DNA of 64,000 nucleotides from Eledone cirrhosa (lineage: Eukaryota), in contig OZ024746.1 in NCBI GenBank assembly GCA_964016885.1, forward strand, positions 62,806,001 through 62,870,000, in the 5' to 3' direction. Under the pieces are notes generated by a model. That model saw only the letters and a program-made list of their open reading frames with translations, searched no databases and was not told where the DNA came from. Positions 26,706-40,327 of the stretch are shown here, piece after piece. Every line of letters begins with the position of its first letter. The first letter of the stretch is position 1. A program made the position numbers and the translations under genes.

Positions 26706-28572
26706 ATAATAATAAATTTGAAGACTAAAATCCAAAGAGGGCTCGATAAGGATAAATATATATCAAATATATAAGAACCGTAGAGCAAATATTTATTAAA
26801 ATAACAGATTAAAGTTTAAGCAAAGAATCGCTGCTTTCACCCTTAACGGGATCTTCTGAAACTAACAAAGTCAATCTGTAAAAGCAGAAGTGAATATTTA
26901 AAAAAAACGTTGCAACCGAAGGAAGGCAGGAAGACGATATTTTGGTTCGTGGAAACGTTCCCTGACAAAGAACGGGAAAAAACGAATATAATACGTCATT
27001 ATTTGGAGCGGTGAAAAACAATTACACGCAAAGACAAAACCACGATTATGGTATAAAAGTAGTCGTAGACTAATATTCTATTAGGTGGTTCATAGAGACG
27101 TTCTCTGGCAATGAACGGAAAAAACGAAGATAATACGTCATATGTTGTGCGTTGAGAACAATTGCACTCAAAGACAAAACCACGTAAATGGTATAACTGA
27201 AGTCGTAGACTAAAATTCTAACTAGGAAGCCGAATGATTCTCGGCTTCAGAGTTAAGAATAAAGTAAATAAAATACAGAGGTAATTGAAATTAAATAAAT
27301 ACATACACACATCCATATACGTACATACACAAGCATACGTGAAAAAACTCGCCATAGGTATACAAATACACACATATATATATATATATGTGTGTGTGCG
27401 TGTATACAAATAATTAAATAAACGTATATAAATAAATAAATACGTATATAACAGGCGCACACACATACCTACAAGTAAATACACATATGTTTGAAGACGA
27501 ATGTCAACCAAAACACGAAGTACACATATACACACACCCTACATACGTACGAACCCGTATACTCACACAGACGCAAAACTCACGTATACACATAACCAAA
27601 AGCATATGTACCAGAATATATAAAAATATACGCCATAACATATACAATCAAATATACGTACCTTCACAAAACATACAGGTAATATATACTTACCTATACA
27701 AATAAGTAATGGTATAAACATGACATATACTTAGCTACCACATCAAGACGTAAAATATCCGCGTATAGACCGTACTATCCGTTAGGGTATAATGTGGGGC
27801 TGTAATACAGGGAAGTTTTGTGCAATTTATGTTTACAAGCCGAAATTGCCTCAGATTTTTTGTTTAAGATGTGGTCTGTGGCGTAGAATATTTCCAGGGC
27901 CTCAGCGGCGCAGAGGTCACATGGTCTTTTATTTCCGTTATACGATCTAGCCCTAGCTAAGATCTCCCAGTGTAACTTATATTGGGTGTGGTTGTCTTTT
28001 AGACTCCAGATATAAGCTGAAAGTGACGTCATATTCCTTCTTAGAGGGTAACGAAAAGAATGGGTATGCATGTAAAGACGCTGCTTGAATCTATTGGCAG
28101 TTAACCCTATGTAGGCACTACGAGACGTGAGTGTTTCAACCTTACATTTGTAGACAATGTTACTAGAGAGGCATTTCCCGGATAGGGGGAAGTCAACCCG
28201 ATTCCTACAATTACAGTTAGTACTAACTACAGGGTTGCACGTGTTCCTACGGCTAGGTAGTTTAGCTAAATTTGAAGCTGTGATAATATGTGCAAGGTTA
28301 GGAGTCGTATTATACCATAAACGTGGGTTTGTCTTTGCGTGTAATTGTTTTTCACCGCTCCAAATAATGACGTATTATATTCGTTTTTTCCCGTTCTTTG
28401 CCAGGGAACGTTTCCACGAACCAAAATATCGTCTTCCTGTCTTCCTCCGGTTGCAACGTTTATTTAAATATTCACTTCTGCGTTCACAGATTGACTTTGT
28501 TAGTTTCAGAAGATCCTGTTAAGGGTGAAAGCAACGATTCTTTGCTTAAACTTTAATCTGTTATTTTAATAT
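26702..28572 (-). mobile_element. 5'-truncated Penelope-like element (Naiad-type endonuclease) with inverted terminal repeat
   Basis: GIY-YIG frame 27775-28320; 28313-28572 is an inverted copy of 26794-27055; ~144-bp tandem duplication 26952-27220; (TA)n on both flanks. Confidence 0.85.
27775..28320 (-). pseudogene. GIY-YIG endonuclease domain of PLE (open frame, 5'-truncated)
   Basis: TPNLAHII..NCNCRNRVDFPLSGKCLSSNIVYKCKV..AYIGLTANRFKQRLYMHTHSF..SLSAYIWSLK..PCDLCAAE..LNKKSEAISACKH. Confidence 0.85.
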
Positions 28573-28578
28573 ATATAT

Positions 28579-28662
<84 letters not shown>

Positions 28663-28666
<4 letters not shown>

Positions 28667-29512
28667 AGAGTATTCAAGTTTGCTTGAAGCATTGTGGAAT
28701 AATAAGGTAAATTTCTTTAAGTCGTTTGGAAGCCTCGACAATGCAGATGGGTAAATCTCCGGGTAACAAGATCCGGTGGCGGAGAGAGAGATATAAGTGG
28801 GTGTACGTTGAGATGCGTGGCGTGTATAAGACTGTAACGTGTAGAGGAATGAAGGAAAGAGCGTAAAGGATAAAAATAAAAATAACAACACGAGAAAGAG
28901 TTACCTTGGGAGAGATTTAATTGTCCCTATATATTTCGGATTCACATCCATAAACTGGGGTTTTTTTTCCGGGGGAGGGGGGTTGTCTGTCGGAAAGGTG
29001 CGAAACGTGTCCTCCGCTGTTCGTTATTTTGAATATCTGAGGTATTCAGCAGAGCGCGCGTGCGCGTGAAATGGGGTCGGTCAGGCAGAGGTCAGCGGCC
29101 GAAGTAGTTCTTTCAATTGTGGGAGTGGGGTGGCGCTAGCTGTCAGTCCATTCTCTACCTGTTTGGTGAATGTTATTGTGTGTGTGTGTGTGTGCGTGTG
29201 TTGCTGCATCGTTTGTTAACTTAAACCAACCACCTCATTTCGCTTCTCTCGGATCGGTTGTTTAATTGTGGCCCTAGGAGTTTGATCTAAAGTGCTTCCT
29301 TGATACGTAACATGCCGACGTTTCTTTCTGTCGCTAGAATTGTGACAATGGGCCTTCTGTCTTTGTTTCCGCATTTGGCTATATGTTTCCGGAAAGACGA
29401 GACCCTGGTTTTAGTGTGTTCCTTGATTCGGATGTGCAACGGCCGGATTGTGCTACCTATATAGTATTGGTTGCACTTGTTACATTCTATCTTATACACG
29501 ACGTATGTTTGG
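28663..29512 (-). mobile_element. 5'-truncated Penelope-like element (GIY-YIG plus terminal repeat)
   Basis: VVYKIECNKCNQYYIGSTIRPLHIRIKEH..LRIKEAL*IKLLGPQLNNR; 3' end ACAATGCTTCAAGCAAACT shared with about 54806-54824; both ends in (TA)n. Confidence 0.85.
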
Positions 29513-29656
29513 TTATATATATATATATATATAAAAGAGAAAACACAGGTAAGCATTAAGAGAAGGATTTTATCCAGGTATTTACAACCGTTTCATTGGT
29601 AAGTGCAACCTTATATTGCTATACTGCAAATAGCAGCCACTTAATTATAATTGAGT

Positions 29657-30793
29657 GGACGCCCTGCTTTGCAGCATAGGGTTACGTCTCTTTATGATCT
29701 GAGTTCAAATCCTGCCGAGGTTAGCTTTGCCTTTCACCCTTACGGAGTCGATAAAATAAAGTACCAGTAATGCACTGGGGTGATTGCTGGCCTTGTGCCA
29801 AAAGTAGAAACAATTATTTTAAAAAGTATGGTGTCTGACCGTTTACCGATACTGCCAATCCACCGCCCTCACAATAACAATAATAATAACAATAATAATT
29901 GTTGGTGGTGAATTGGCAGTATCGGTAGAGGGTCGGACGCCATGTTTTGTAGCACAGAGTTACGTCCCTTTACGGACTGAGTTCAAATCCCGCCGAAGTT
30001 AACTTTGCCTTTCATCCTTACAGGGGTCGATAAAATAAAGTACCAGTAATGCACTGGGATAATTGCTGGCCTTGTGCCAAAAGTAGAAACAATTATTTTA
30101 AATGTGTTGAGGGCAACAGATTTGTGCACATATGCTGCACAACAACAACAACAACAGCAGCAGCAACAATAACAATAATAAAAATGTTTCTACTTTTGAC
30201 ACAAGGCCAGCAATTATCCCAGTGTATTACTGGTACTTTATTTTATCGACCCCTTAAGGATGAAAGGCAAAGTTAACCTCAGCGGGATTTGAACTCAGAT
30301 CATAAAGGGACGTAACTCTATGCTTCAAAGCATGGTGTCTGACTCTCTACCGATACTGCCAATATAATAATGTTTCTGATTTAGGCACAAGGCCATCAAT
30401 TTTAGGGAAGGGAAAGTCGAATGAATTGACCCCAGTGCATTACTGGTACTTTATTTTATCAACCCTGTAAGGATGAAAGGCAAAATTAACCTCGGCGGGA
30501 TTTGAACTAAGACCGTAAAGGGCCATAACTCTATGCTGCAAAGTATGGTGTCTGACGCTCTACTGATACTTCCAATCCACTGCCCTCACAATAACAATAA
30601 TAATTGTTTCTACTTTTGGCACAAGGCCAGCAATTACCCCAGTGCATTACTGGTACTTTATTTTATCGACCCCCATAACGATGAAAGGCAAAGTTAAACT
30701 CGGTAGGATTTGAACTCAGAACAAAAAGGGCCACAACTCTATGCTGCAAAGCATGGTGTCTTACGCTCTACCCATACTGCCAATCCACCGCCT
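29657..30793. mobile_element. Cluster of five or more SINE family 1 copies
   Basis: About 29657-29815(+), 29905-30092(+), 30185-30362(-), 30372-30586(-), 30603-30793(-); older copies continue at 31525-32640. Confidence 0.88.
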
Positions 30794-33700
30794 AATAATA
30801 ATAATGATGATGATGATGATGACGATGGTGATGGTGATGATGATGATTTCTTTATTGGCCAAAAGAGCTCATGATATTGGGATCAATACAAAGACGAAAA
30901 GCATAAGGAACAACAACAAAAACAACAGCCAGAACAACAACACTACATATACCCAAAACAGACAGAGCTGTGCTCAATAATTCAGTGACAGCACTGAATA
31001 ATCTCCCATTGGTTGCTGGCTGTAGCCATCTTATGAAATTAGCATGTACGAGAGTCAGCTGAAATGTTCATACGCTGACTATAAAGGAGTGATGCTAGAG
31101 CTGTGAAATCTTTCATGCATGAATTTCAACTCCTCTTATTAATAACTGCATTGTTTCTTTCCAGCGACTATGTTGAAAAATAATCCAATAAACCATATTT
31201 GGTTATTCCATGAGAGCATCTTGGTCAGCCTGATCCTTTCAGCTGATCCTTTTCAGCTGATCCTTGTAAATGCCTGAGCATTCCTCAGACATGTCATGTA
31301 ATTCTCAGGGAGATTCGGCATGACATATTGAATTACAGGCACAGTCCAAACAACTTTCATTGACCTAATTTCACATAGAAAGTATGGGTTGGGCTAGGCA
31401 ATGGTAGAGGACCATTGCTCAAGATACCATGCTGTGTGATTGAACGCAGCACCTAATGATTGCAAAGTGAACTTCTTAACCATTCAGCCATGCTGTGTAC
31501 AATGTGACAGCACTAATGATAATAAGGGTCTCTGATTTAGGCCAAAGCCAACACATCTGGGGAAGGGGTAAGTTGATTTAATCAACCCCAGTGTATTACT
31601 GGTTTTCTATTTTATCAACGCTATAAAGATGAAAGGCATCATGAGATTTGAACTCTGAACATGAGGGGTCATAATTATATGTCGCGAGGTATGTTATCTG
31701 ACCCTCTACCAATACTGCCAATCCACCGTCCTAAATGGTCTCTGATTTAGGCACAAGGCCAACAATTTTTTTTTGGGGGGGGGGGGGGTAGAATGTCGAT
31801 TAAATCAACCACGTTGTGAGGAACTTTATTTTAGTGACCTTCAAAGGATAAAAACTAAGTTGACCCTGGCAAGTTTTGAACTCAGAATATAAAAAACTGG
31901 AACAAATACAACTAGGTATTTTGTTCAACACTCTAATGATTCTGTTAGTCTAATAATAATTGTTTTTATATTTGGCACAAGGCCAGCAATTTGAAGAGGA
32001 GGGGAAAGTCAAATAAATTGACCCCAGCCTGTTACTTTATTTTATCGACCCTGTAAGGATGAAAAGCAAAGCTAACCTTAATGGGATTTGAACTCAGAAC
32101 ATAAAGGGCCATAACTAAATGTTGTAAAGCATATTCAACACTCTACTGATACTGCCAACACACTTCCCTGTCAATCCAATAATGATAATGATAATAATAA
32201 TTTCTTTTATTTAGCCATCATCATCATCATCATCATCATCATCCTCGTTTAACATCCATTTTCCATGCTAGCATTAGTAGGACGGGCTGTCCCTTTGTGA
32301 GGGATCAGGTCAGAGGACCATGTTTCCCTCACACAGAACTGCTTTTGGCTTGGTTTCTTCAGCTGAATGCCAACCACATTTACAGTGTGGACTGGGCTCT
32401 TTTTGTCATGTCACCAACGCGACCACTTTACAGTGTGGACAGGGCGCTTAGAACAGATAAAAATAATAATGGTTTGTTACATAGATACAATACCAGTAGT
32501 TTTGTAGGGTAGAACATAGTCAATTATATCAATCTTAAAAATTTACTAGTACTTAACTTATCAACCCAAAGATAATGGAAGTCAAAGTTGATCACAGCAG
32601 GCTTTGAACTCAAAACATAAAGAAATGCTGTAAGATACTCTACTCAGTTACACTTTCTTAGTAAGATAACTAAACCTGAGAATCAAGTCTAGATTGCAGC
32701 CTTATAAATCCCAAGATATTTACACAAATGTCCTAAATGTACAGAATTAAAGAATTTTAAAAAGGATTGACTATTCTGTTCCTGGTCCAAGAGATTTATT
32801 CCCTGAAATTGTGTACATATAGATCATTCCCATATTGATAGTATCATATTGATATTTGTCCTAATGGAGTCTTTTTCTGGATGTCTAGAGGTTATATGTG
32901 ATTCTTATTAGAAGAATTTGACCATAAGACAGCTGTTATGATTAATTTTCTGCTGGAATGGTGTGTCAAAGATCTTAGTGTCATCCAATACACCCCCACC
33001 TCACCAGACTTCATTTTAGCAATCTTTGTTCTTGGCTATAGAAAATAGCTGTATTCTTTACAAGTTTCTGCTATATTAACTGCAATTAAATTGGATTGTG
33101 GAGGAGATGGTGTCAGTCATTTTCATCTCAAACTTTTGGTAACTAATTGTTCAGTTATTACATTATTCCTCGCGCAGAGAGGTTAGAAAGTTCTTCAGCT
33201 TTGATGGAACATCAAACCTGTGCAGCTTTATTTTACAGATCAACAGATTTCTTATAGAAACAATAATGATTTAATACATTTTGTGATGCCACTTGGAAAC
33301 AGAGATTATTATCATTACAAGGAAATAGGATTGGAACTTTAGTTTATACTGACGAAATCAAGCTTAAATTTGAGACACTTGAAACAAATTAGAATGATGC
33401 TAAAACTGGTGATGGTGTCTATTTTAGCAGTGGTACCTTGCCTGGTATAGGAAACACTTATGGTGGTAATGAGAAACAACGAATAACACAACAGGCTTAA
33501 ACCTGAATTGAAGGACTTCTTAGGAAGGGTACCCAGTCTACCTGAGGTATAAACACCTAACATTTCAGTGAGATGCAAATATTTTAGTGATTTAGTGTTA
33601 GAGCAATGTGTAAAACTGTTACTCAGAATACTGTATATTGTAAATATATCATTGATATACTACTACTGGAGCGTGCTTTTGAGCTGTTTGCACACGATTA

Positions 33701-34210
33701 AGTATATTTAAAGTAACTATTAGTTCCATATACATTTGAACTTGTCAGTTGATTGTTAACTTCTGAATATAAAGGATCACATGTCAACACAACATTTGAA
33801 TAAACTCAATATGGAAGGATATGATAATAACAAAAAAAAACAAAAAACAAACAAACAAACAAAAAAAACAACAAACAATGAAAATGAACTGTTGACAAAA
33901 ATCAATTTCTTGTACTGTATAATGAAAAGAATCTAAATTTTCTCCCAAATGTTATTTTTAGGATGACTCAAGATTTATTTTTCTTCTTCCAGATGGCATT
34001 CTTGGATAAGAGATCAAATATAAAAATGTTGAATGTATAAACAAGTTGTTGTCCCTGACCTATCTATGAGAGTAGTAAATCTAAATAAGAACTGACTTGG
34101 ACTATGATGATCTGCCCAACCCATGCTAACATGAAAGAGCCAGCATAAAATAACAGTGTTATGATAATGAAGAGGATGATTATATTGTGTATGTGTGTAT
34201 GTATGTATGT

Positions 34211-35262
34211 CACTCTGATATAAAACCTGCAACTTAATTTGTATCCAATGATGTAGACTAGTTCTTCTTTTGGGGGCAAATGCATTCAATGTTCAGAGAG
34301 TAGGATTGGCCCCACAGCATCACTTGATATGTGGTATTTTTTTATGATGCATGTCATTGCTGGCCAAAGGTAAGTCTAAAGAGCCAAGTACATGATGCTC
34401 ATGCTTAAGTATCAAGCAGTGGCATTACTCGAAATCAAATTGCAGCTATCATCATTATCATGTATGTATGTATGTATGTATGTATGTATGAGAGATGACC
34501 CCTTAGCCTTTGTCAAGGCAGAATTCTAGGAGAAGGAAAACTCTGATATAACACCTACAACCCTGATGGTATCCAATGATGTTGACTTGTTCTTCCTTTT
34601 GGTAAATATCATCTTAGTTAAGAGAGTGGGACTGGCTTTGTGCAGTGCCTTTGCTCACTATAAAAGCTTCACGGCACAGGCATTGCTTTATATCTGGAGA
34701 TCTCTCTGTACTTGTCATCACATGGTACCATGGGCCCAGCACTATGTGTCAATAATTCTCACAAGTATAGTGTTTGTACCAGAGTTTTCATGTCGCTGGC
34801 TGGACTAAAAAGTCACACACGTTCAGCGCATCGGTAGGGGTTCTCCTACATGGATATAAAGTAGTGGCCGTACTCGAAAACGAGTTGGCAGCCACCATGT
34901 ATGTATGTATGTATGACATAGAAATAGTCAGGCTGGTCACAAGATCGCACAGTTAAACCACTGGGAGTGAAGGACCCCTAGCCTTTGTCAGGGCATTCTT
35001 CTAGGAGAAGGCAACTCAGGAAACTGGGATAACTCCGATATAAAACCTGCGGCTCAGTACTTACCGATGATGATGATCTTTTCTTCTTTTCGGGTTTCAG
35101 CTACTGTCGCTCAGAGAGTGGGATTGGCTCAGTGCACAGTCTCTCCTCACTTTAAAAAATATCTTCACGCACAAGCATTGCACGATAGAATTAATTAATA
35201 ATTATTAATAATGGTATATCGTACAATGGCCATACTCGATAACGAGAGGGCAGCCATCATCA
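34211..35262 (+). mobile_element. Three related non-autonomous elements in tandem within (TATG)n
   Basis: Each shares ACTCYGATATAAMACCT..GATG..TTCTT..TTT..GAGAGTRGGAYTGGC and ends TACTCGA..GCAGCYAYCAT followed by TGTA repeats; units about 34211-34460, 34490-34900, 34915-35262. Confidence 0.7.
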
Positions 35263-35290
35263 TGTATGTATGTATATGTGTGTGTATGTG

Positions 35291-35328
<38 letters not shown>

Positions 35329-36059
35329 TGTGTGTGTTAATGTGTAGTTTCCTGTGTAATATGTGAAAGTTCAGTGCACAATCAAATGTTGCCCCCCCCT
35401 CTGCTGTAGTTTCTGTTGATTTATATATGTAACAATAAAAGAGTGTATGTGTCAGTGTATGCATGTGTGTATGTATGTCTGTGTATGTATGTGTATGTGT
35501 CTGTGTGAGTGTCTTTGTATGCGTATGTATGTATGTGTATTTGCCTGTGTGTGTATGTGTATGTATGTTTTTGTGTGCCTGTGTCCATTTATGTATGTGT
35601 ATGTGTCTCTGTGTGTATGTATATGTCTGTGTGAGTGTCTGTGTATGTCTGTGTGAGTGTCTGTGTATGTGTGTCTATGTGTATGTGCCTGTGTCAGTGT
35701 GTCTGTGTCCATTTGGGTATGTGTCTCTGTGTGTATGTGTGAGTGTGTGTGTATATATGTGTCCGTGTGTGCATGTGTATGTATGCGTCTGTGTGTGTGT
35801 GTGAGTACATGTGTGTATGTGCGTATATGCATACATATGTATGTAAGTGTATGCAAACACTTTATCTGAGCAAGAAGTAAAATTCCTTAGTGTGATTGAT
35901 ATCTTCAGGCTTCAAGAAGATTTGGAGGTGAGTGTAAAGGTGTGAGGTTATTTTACATGATAAGATGTTGAACTACCACACACTGCAATTTATTGCATTA
36001 TAATTTAGTCTAAATACTAAATATTTATAAAAGCTTCTTCTTCCCTCTCTACAGCATTG

Positions 36060-36330
36060 TCCCTTATTCCACATTGGCAATATGTCAACATTATAATTCT
36101 TTTGTCAATTCTGACGAATTATTCAAAACTGTTCTCCAAGATCATGATATTCAGACATTGCATTGGCCTAGCTAGTCTTAAAATCTGAACCCTATTAAAC
36201 ATTTATGACAGATTATTAGCCTGAATCTGATTTGAAGAACTTTTAAAAGGAAGAAATCTTTATTAGCAGCAGATCAGAAAGAATGGTTTAAATTAGAGGC
36301 TTCGTTATTGAAAAACACTTCCTGTCAGTA
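36060..36330 (+). pseudogene. Decayed Tc1-like transposase fragment
   Basis: LQDHDIQTLHWPS*S*NLNPIKHL resembles WPxxSPDLNPIEHLW. Confidence 0.5.
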
Positions 36331-37615
36331 AGATTAAAATAATGATGAATTTACAAGATAATCCATGTTAGAAATATTGATTAATAAATTAATTTTAATT
36401 ATAAATAAACATAAATTCTATTTTTGTTGAAAAGCTCTTATACATTAAATGCTTTGAACAAAAATATGTTATCAAAATATATAAATCTGTCATAAATGTT
36501 TGCAGGTGATCATCATCATCATCATCACCGTTTAATGTCCATTTTTCTACTCTAGCATGGGTTAGATGAGTTGTCCCATTGTGAAACAAGTCAGATCAGA
36601 TGACCATGCCCTGCTCATAAAGAACTGATTCTGGCTTGGTTTCTACATCTGGATGCCCTTCCTATATATATATATACATACTGTATATATTGTACATGAT
36701 GTTGTCAAAAGAAAAGTCAAAGGCCAATACAATTTGGCACCAGTGTCATTAAAGTTAATTTTTCCAGCAGTGTGAACTGGAGCAACATGAAATAATGTGT
36801 CTTGCTCAAGGACACAGCCCACTCCCCAGTCATGGAATTGAACTCAGGACTTTACAATCATTAGTGCAGTTTCTTAACCAGTAAGCCATGTGCCTTCCAA
36901 AACACAGTGTAGATTAAGTAAGAAAATGTTGGTTTAGTGTTGTGTGGTAAAAACATGGTGTTTCTGAATATGTATTATATGACATATAGAAAGTGACTTT
37001 ATAATGGTAGAAATACTGGAGGATTTTGTGAGACAGCTGTCATTGAGAAATACTGTTAACAACTTGTAAACGAACATGAGTCCATTTATATATATGTGTG
37101 TGGGGGGGGGGGGGGGGGGGGTTAATATATATCTATCTCTGTGTGTGTATATATATATATTGGGGGGAGGAAGAGAGAGATAATATTGGGATGAATATGT
37201 ATTTACACAGATCTGAATTGTGCAAATATTGAAATACCCATGCTAGCGTGAAAAATGATGATGATGATGATGATGATGATATATATATATATAATAATTG
37301 TTTCTACTTTTGGCACAAGGCCACCAATTACCCAGTGCATTACTGGTACTTTATTTTATCGACCCCGTAAGGATGAAAGGCAAAGTTAACCTCGGCGGGA
37401 TTTGAACTCAGAATGGCAAGGGCCGTAACTCTATGCATCAAAGCATGGCGTCCGACCCTCTACTGATACTGACAATCCACTATAATAATAATAATAAACA
37501 AGAAGGATGGTTTCATTTGTACATCTTGTTTGTGTGTGTGTATGTATATCTATATCTATATTTATATGTGTATATATATATATATGTATATACACACACT
37601 TAAATATATTTGTAA

Positions 37616-37659
<44 letters not shown>

Positions 37660-38174
37660 TGTGTGTACATGTAATAAACATAAAAACAATACAAATGACC
37701 TCCCCCTCCACTCAACCACCATCTCCACCACCACCACCACCACCACCATCAACACTTCCACACTGAAACATTACTTTTAAAGGTTTGTTTTTTATCATCA
37801 CGATTGTTTATATATGATTCCTTAAGAGTTGGTGACAGAAGGAGTAGATAGAAAAAACAGAAAGGAAAATCTGATCTTGTAAATGGAAGCTTTAATAATT
37901 CAGGAAAAAATGTAGAAATGTTTATGCTTATGAGATAGATGATGTTGATAAACATAAGTAAAATAAAGCATGTGTAAATGTGTTAAAAATAAGAATGAAT
38001 TCAACACATCCATGGATATACATACACACAAACACACACACATATATATGTATATATATATATGTGTGTATATATATATATGTGTGTGTGTGTGTGTATA
38101 TATACATATATAATATTCATGGATGTGTATATATATATATATGTTATATATATATAAGTATATATATAAATATT

Positions 38175-38210
<36 letters not shown>

Positions 38211-39405
38211 TATATATATATATATATAACATATATAACATATATACATAACATATATTTATAACATATGTATTTATATTTATTTATATACATATATATA
38301 TACATGTAGATATAATAGATACATACATATGTATATAAATAATTTACACACACACACACACGCACGCACACACACACACACACACACATACACACATATA
38401 CATCTATGTGGTGTGTATAATAATGTTTCTGGTTTATTGAATGTTTATAAATCCATGAATTAGATAAAGTGACAGATATAGATATATACGTTGACAAGCT
38501 GAGAAACATTTCTTGATTGCTGACATTTATTTTCTTCATTTCTTTTCATCATTAAATTTTATTTGAAACTGTGAACACATTTTTTTGTAATTTTAGATAT
38601 TATTTACTCTACTCTTTATTTTTATTCATCCATCTTTGTTTCGGAACAGGACGGGCCTAGGGTAGGTCCATGGAAATATTTGCATTTTTTTTTTTTTTTT
38701 ACATACAATCTCTGCATTTAGATTCTATCCCCACAAATATACTTAAAACTATATAATTCTACCCCCTATCCTCCTATATCTTCTGACATTCCACATTTAT
38801 GTCACGCTCTTCTGAACATTACTTCATGGAATTTTACTTCTATAAAAAGAAAAACAATTACAGCACCAATAACAGCAATAATAATTGTTTCTACTTTAGG
38901 CACAAGGCCAGCAATTATCCCAGTGCATTACTGGTACTTTATTTTATCGATCCCGTAAGGATGAAAGGCAAAGGTAACCTCGACAGGATTTGAGTTCAGA
39001 CCATAAAGGGCTGTAACTCTATGCTACAAAGCATGGTGTCTGACACTCTACCAATACTGCCAAACTAATAATAATGGTTTCTGATTTAGGAACAAGGCCA
39101 ATAATTTTGGGGGAGGGGAAGGTCCATTAAATCGACCCCAGTGCATTACTGGTGCTTTATTTTATCAACTCTGTAAGGATGAAAGGTAAAGCTAACCTCA
39201 GCAGGATTTGAACTCAGAACGTAAAAGGACATAACTATATGCTGTACTTTTCAGTTGGAACTGCCTGAACAGGTTTGCAACACTTTTATATCCCTCCTTA
39301 TTCTATTGGTTACTCCCACAGCCAACACCTAAGATGTCATTTCTGTTGGTCACTAGCTGTAATGTGTAGTATACTCTAAAGAATGCTTTCCAACATACAA
39401 AGAAG

Positions 39406-39640
39406 TCTGGTAAACTTGATATAGTTTAGGCCTCAATAGTCACTTTGTCTGATGGCTACTGAACCATAAACTTACAAAAATATCTGATATACTACATACA
39501 ATTTAGGCTTCAATAGTCACTTTGTCTGATAGCCACCGAACCATAAATTTACATAGATATCTGGTATACTTGATATAGTTTAGGCCTCAATAGTCACTTT
39601 GGCTGATAACTAAAGAACCACAAACATACAATATAGGTTC
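39406..39640. repeat. ~79-bp minisatellite, three units
   Basis: TTTAGGCCTCAATAGTCACTTTGTCTGAT..GAACCATAAA at about 39425, 39502 and 39578. Confidence 0.85.
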
Positions 39641-40056
39641 TGGTAGATCATCAGGACCTTAATTGAAACCTTTCTGAAACAACATTACTTCTTTGCTCTA
39701 TCCAAGTATAAGAAAGATTCATACATCTTGTAGTTATCAAGAAAAAATGTAAGAGTGTGCATCTAGGAAACAGTGGCTTCACCGATGGTTATATTTGGGA
39801 GCATTGCATGTGAGCTTTACAAGTATATATATAAATAAGTCTGTCCCAGATCAATGCTTATCCTAGTTTCATTAGCATTAAGTGACTGAAAGTAGAAAAC
39901 TTCCCCCTGGACAGGATGTCAGTCCACTGCATAGTTAACCATCAGTTACTGCTTGTAATCCTTTTTAGTAGAGTAGCCTGGATCAAAAGAAAATTAAATA
40001 TTTCACTCAAGTAGACAATGCACAACCTGGTCCAAGAATCAAATCTATGACATTAT

Positions 40057-40327
40057 TGTGGGTATGGTGTGGCATGCAGTGGCTGAAAGCTGGGGAGTGC
40101 TCGACCGGAAGAGTGCTTGACCGGAAGGGTGCTTGGCCGGAAGGGTGCTCGACCGGAAGGGCCAGCAGATTGGCCTCTCTCTAGTGGTGACCAGGAACGG
40201 TGTTGTCGCGAGTTTTGGCAGCTCCCGGTGTTAATGAGTTGGATGCACGTGGAAGAGGAGAAACCAGCAATGGGATTTAGCGGCGCCTATGAAAAGCTGT
40301 AAGTGAGATAGCTTTTTCTAACCACCA
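40057..40327. mobile_element. Probable solo LTR (271 bp) inserted in an old SINE
   Basis: TG...CA ends, 4-bp TSD TTAT (40053-40056, 40328-40331), GC-rich; flanks rejoin as a minus-strand SINE head related to 42865-43100. Confidence 0.55.

Noticed and set aside
26952-27220. SECIS element in the Naiad-type 3' UTR
   Set aside because: AUGA is present on the minus strand but I see no apical AA or GA quartet partner, and the endonuclease has no in-frame UGA
35908-35933. Micro-exon ending GAG|GTGAGT
   Set aside because: Weak acceptor and adjacent to a decayed Tc1 fragment; unsupported without RNA data
39406-39640. Spaced repeats as a possible CRISPR array
   Set aside because: The spacers are homologous, there are only three units, no cas genes, and the context is eukaryotic: a minisatellite
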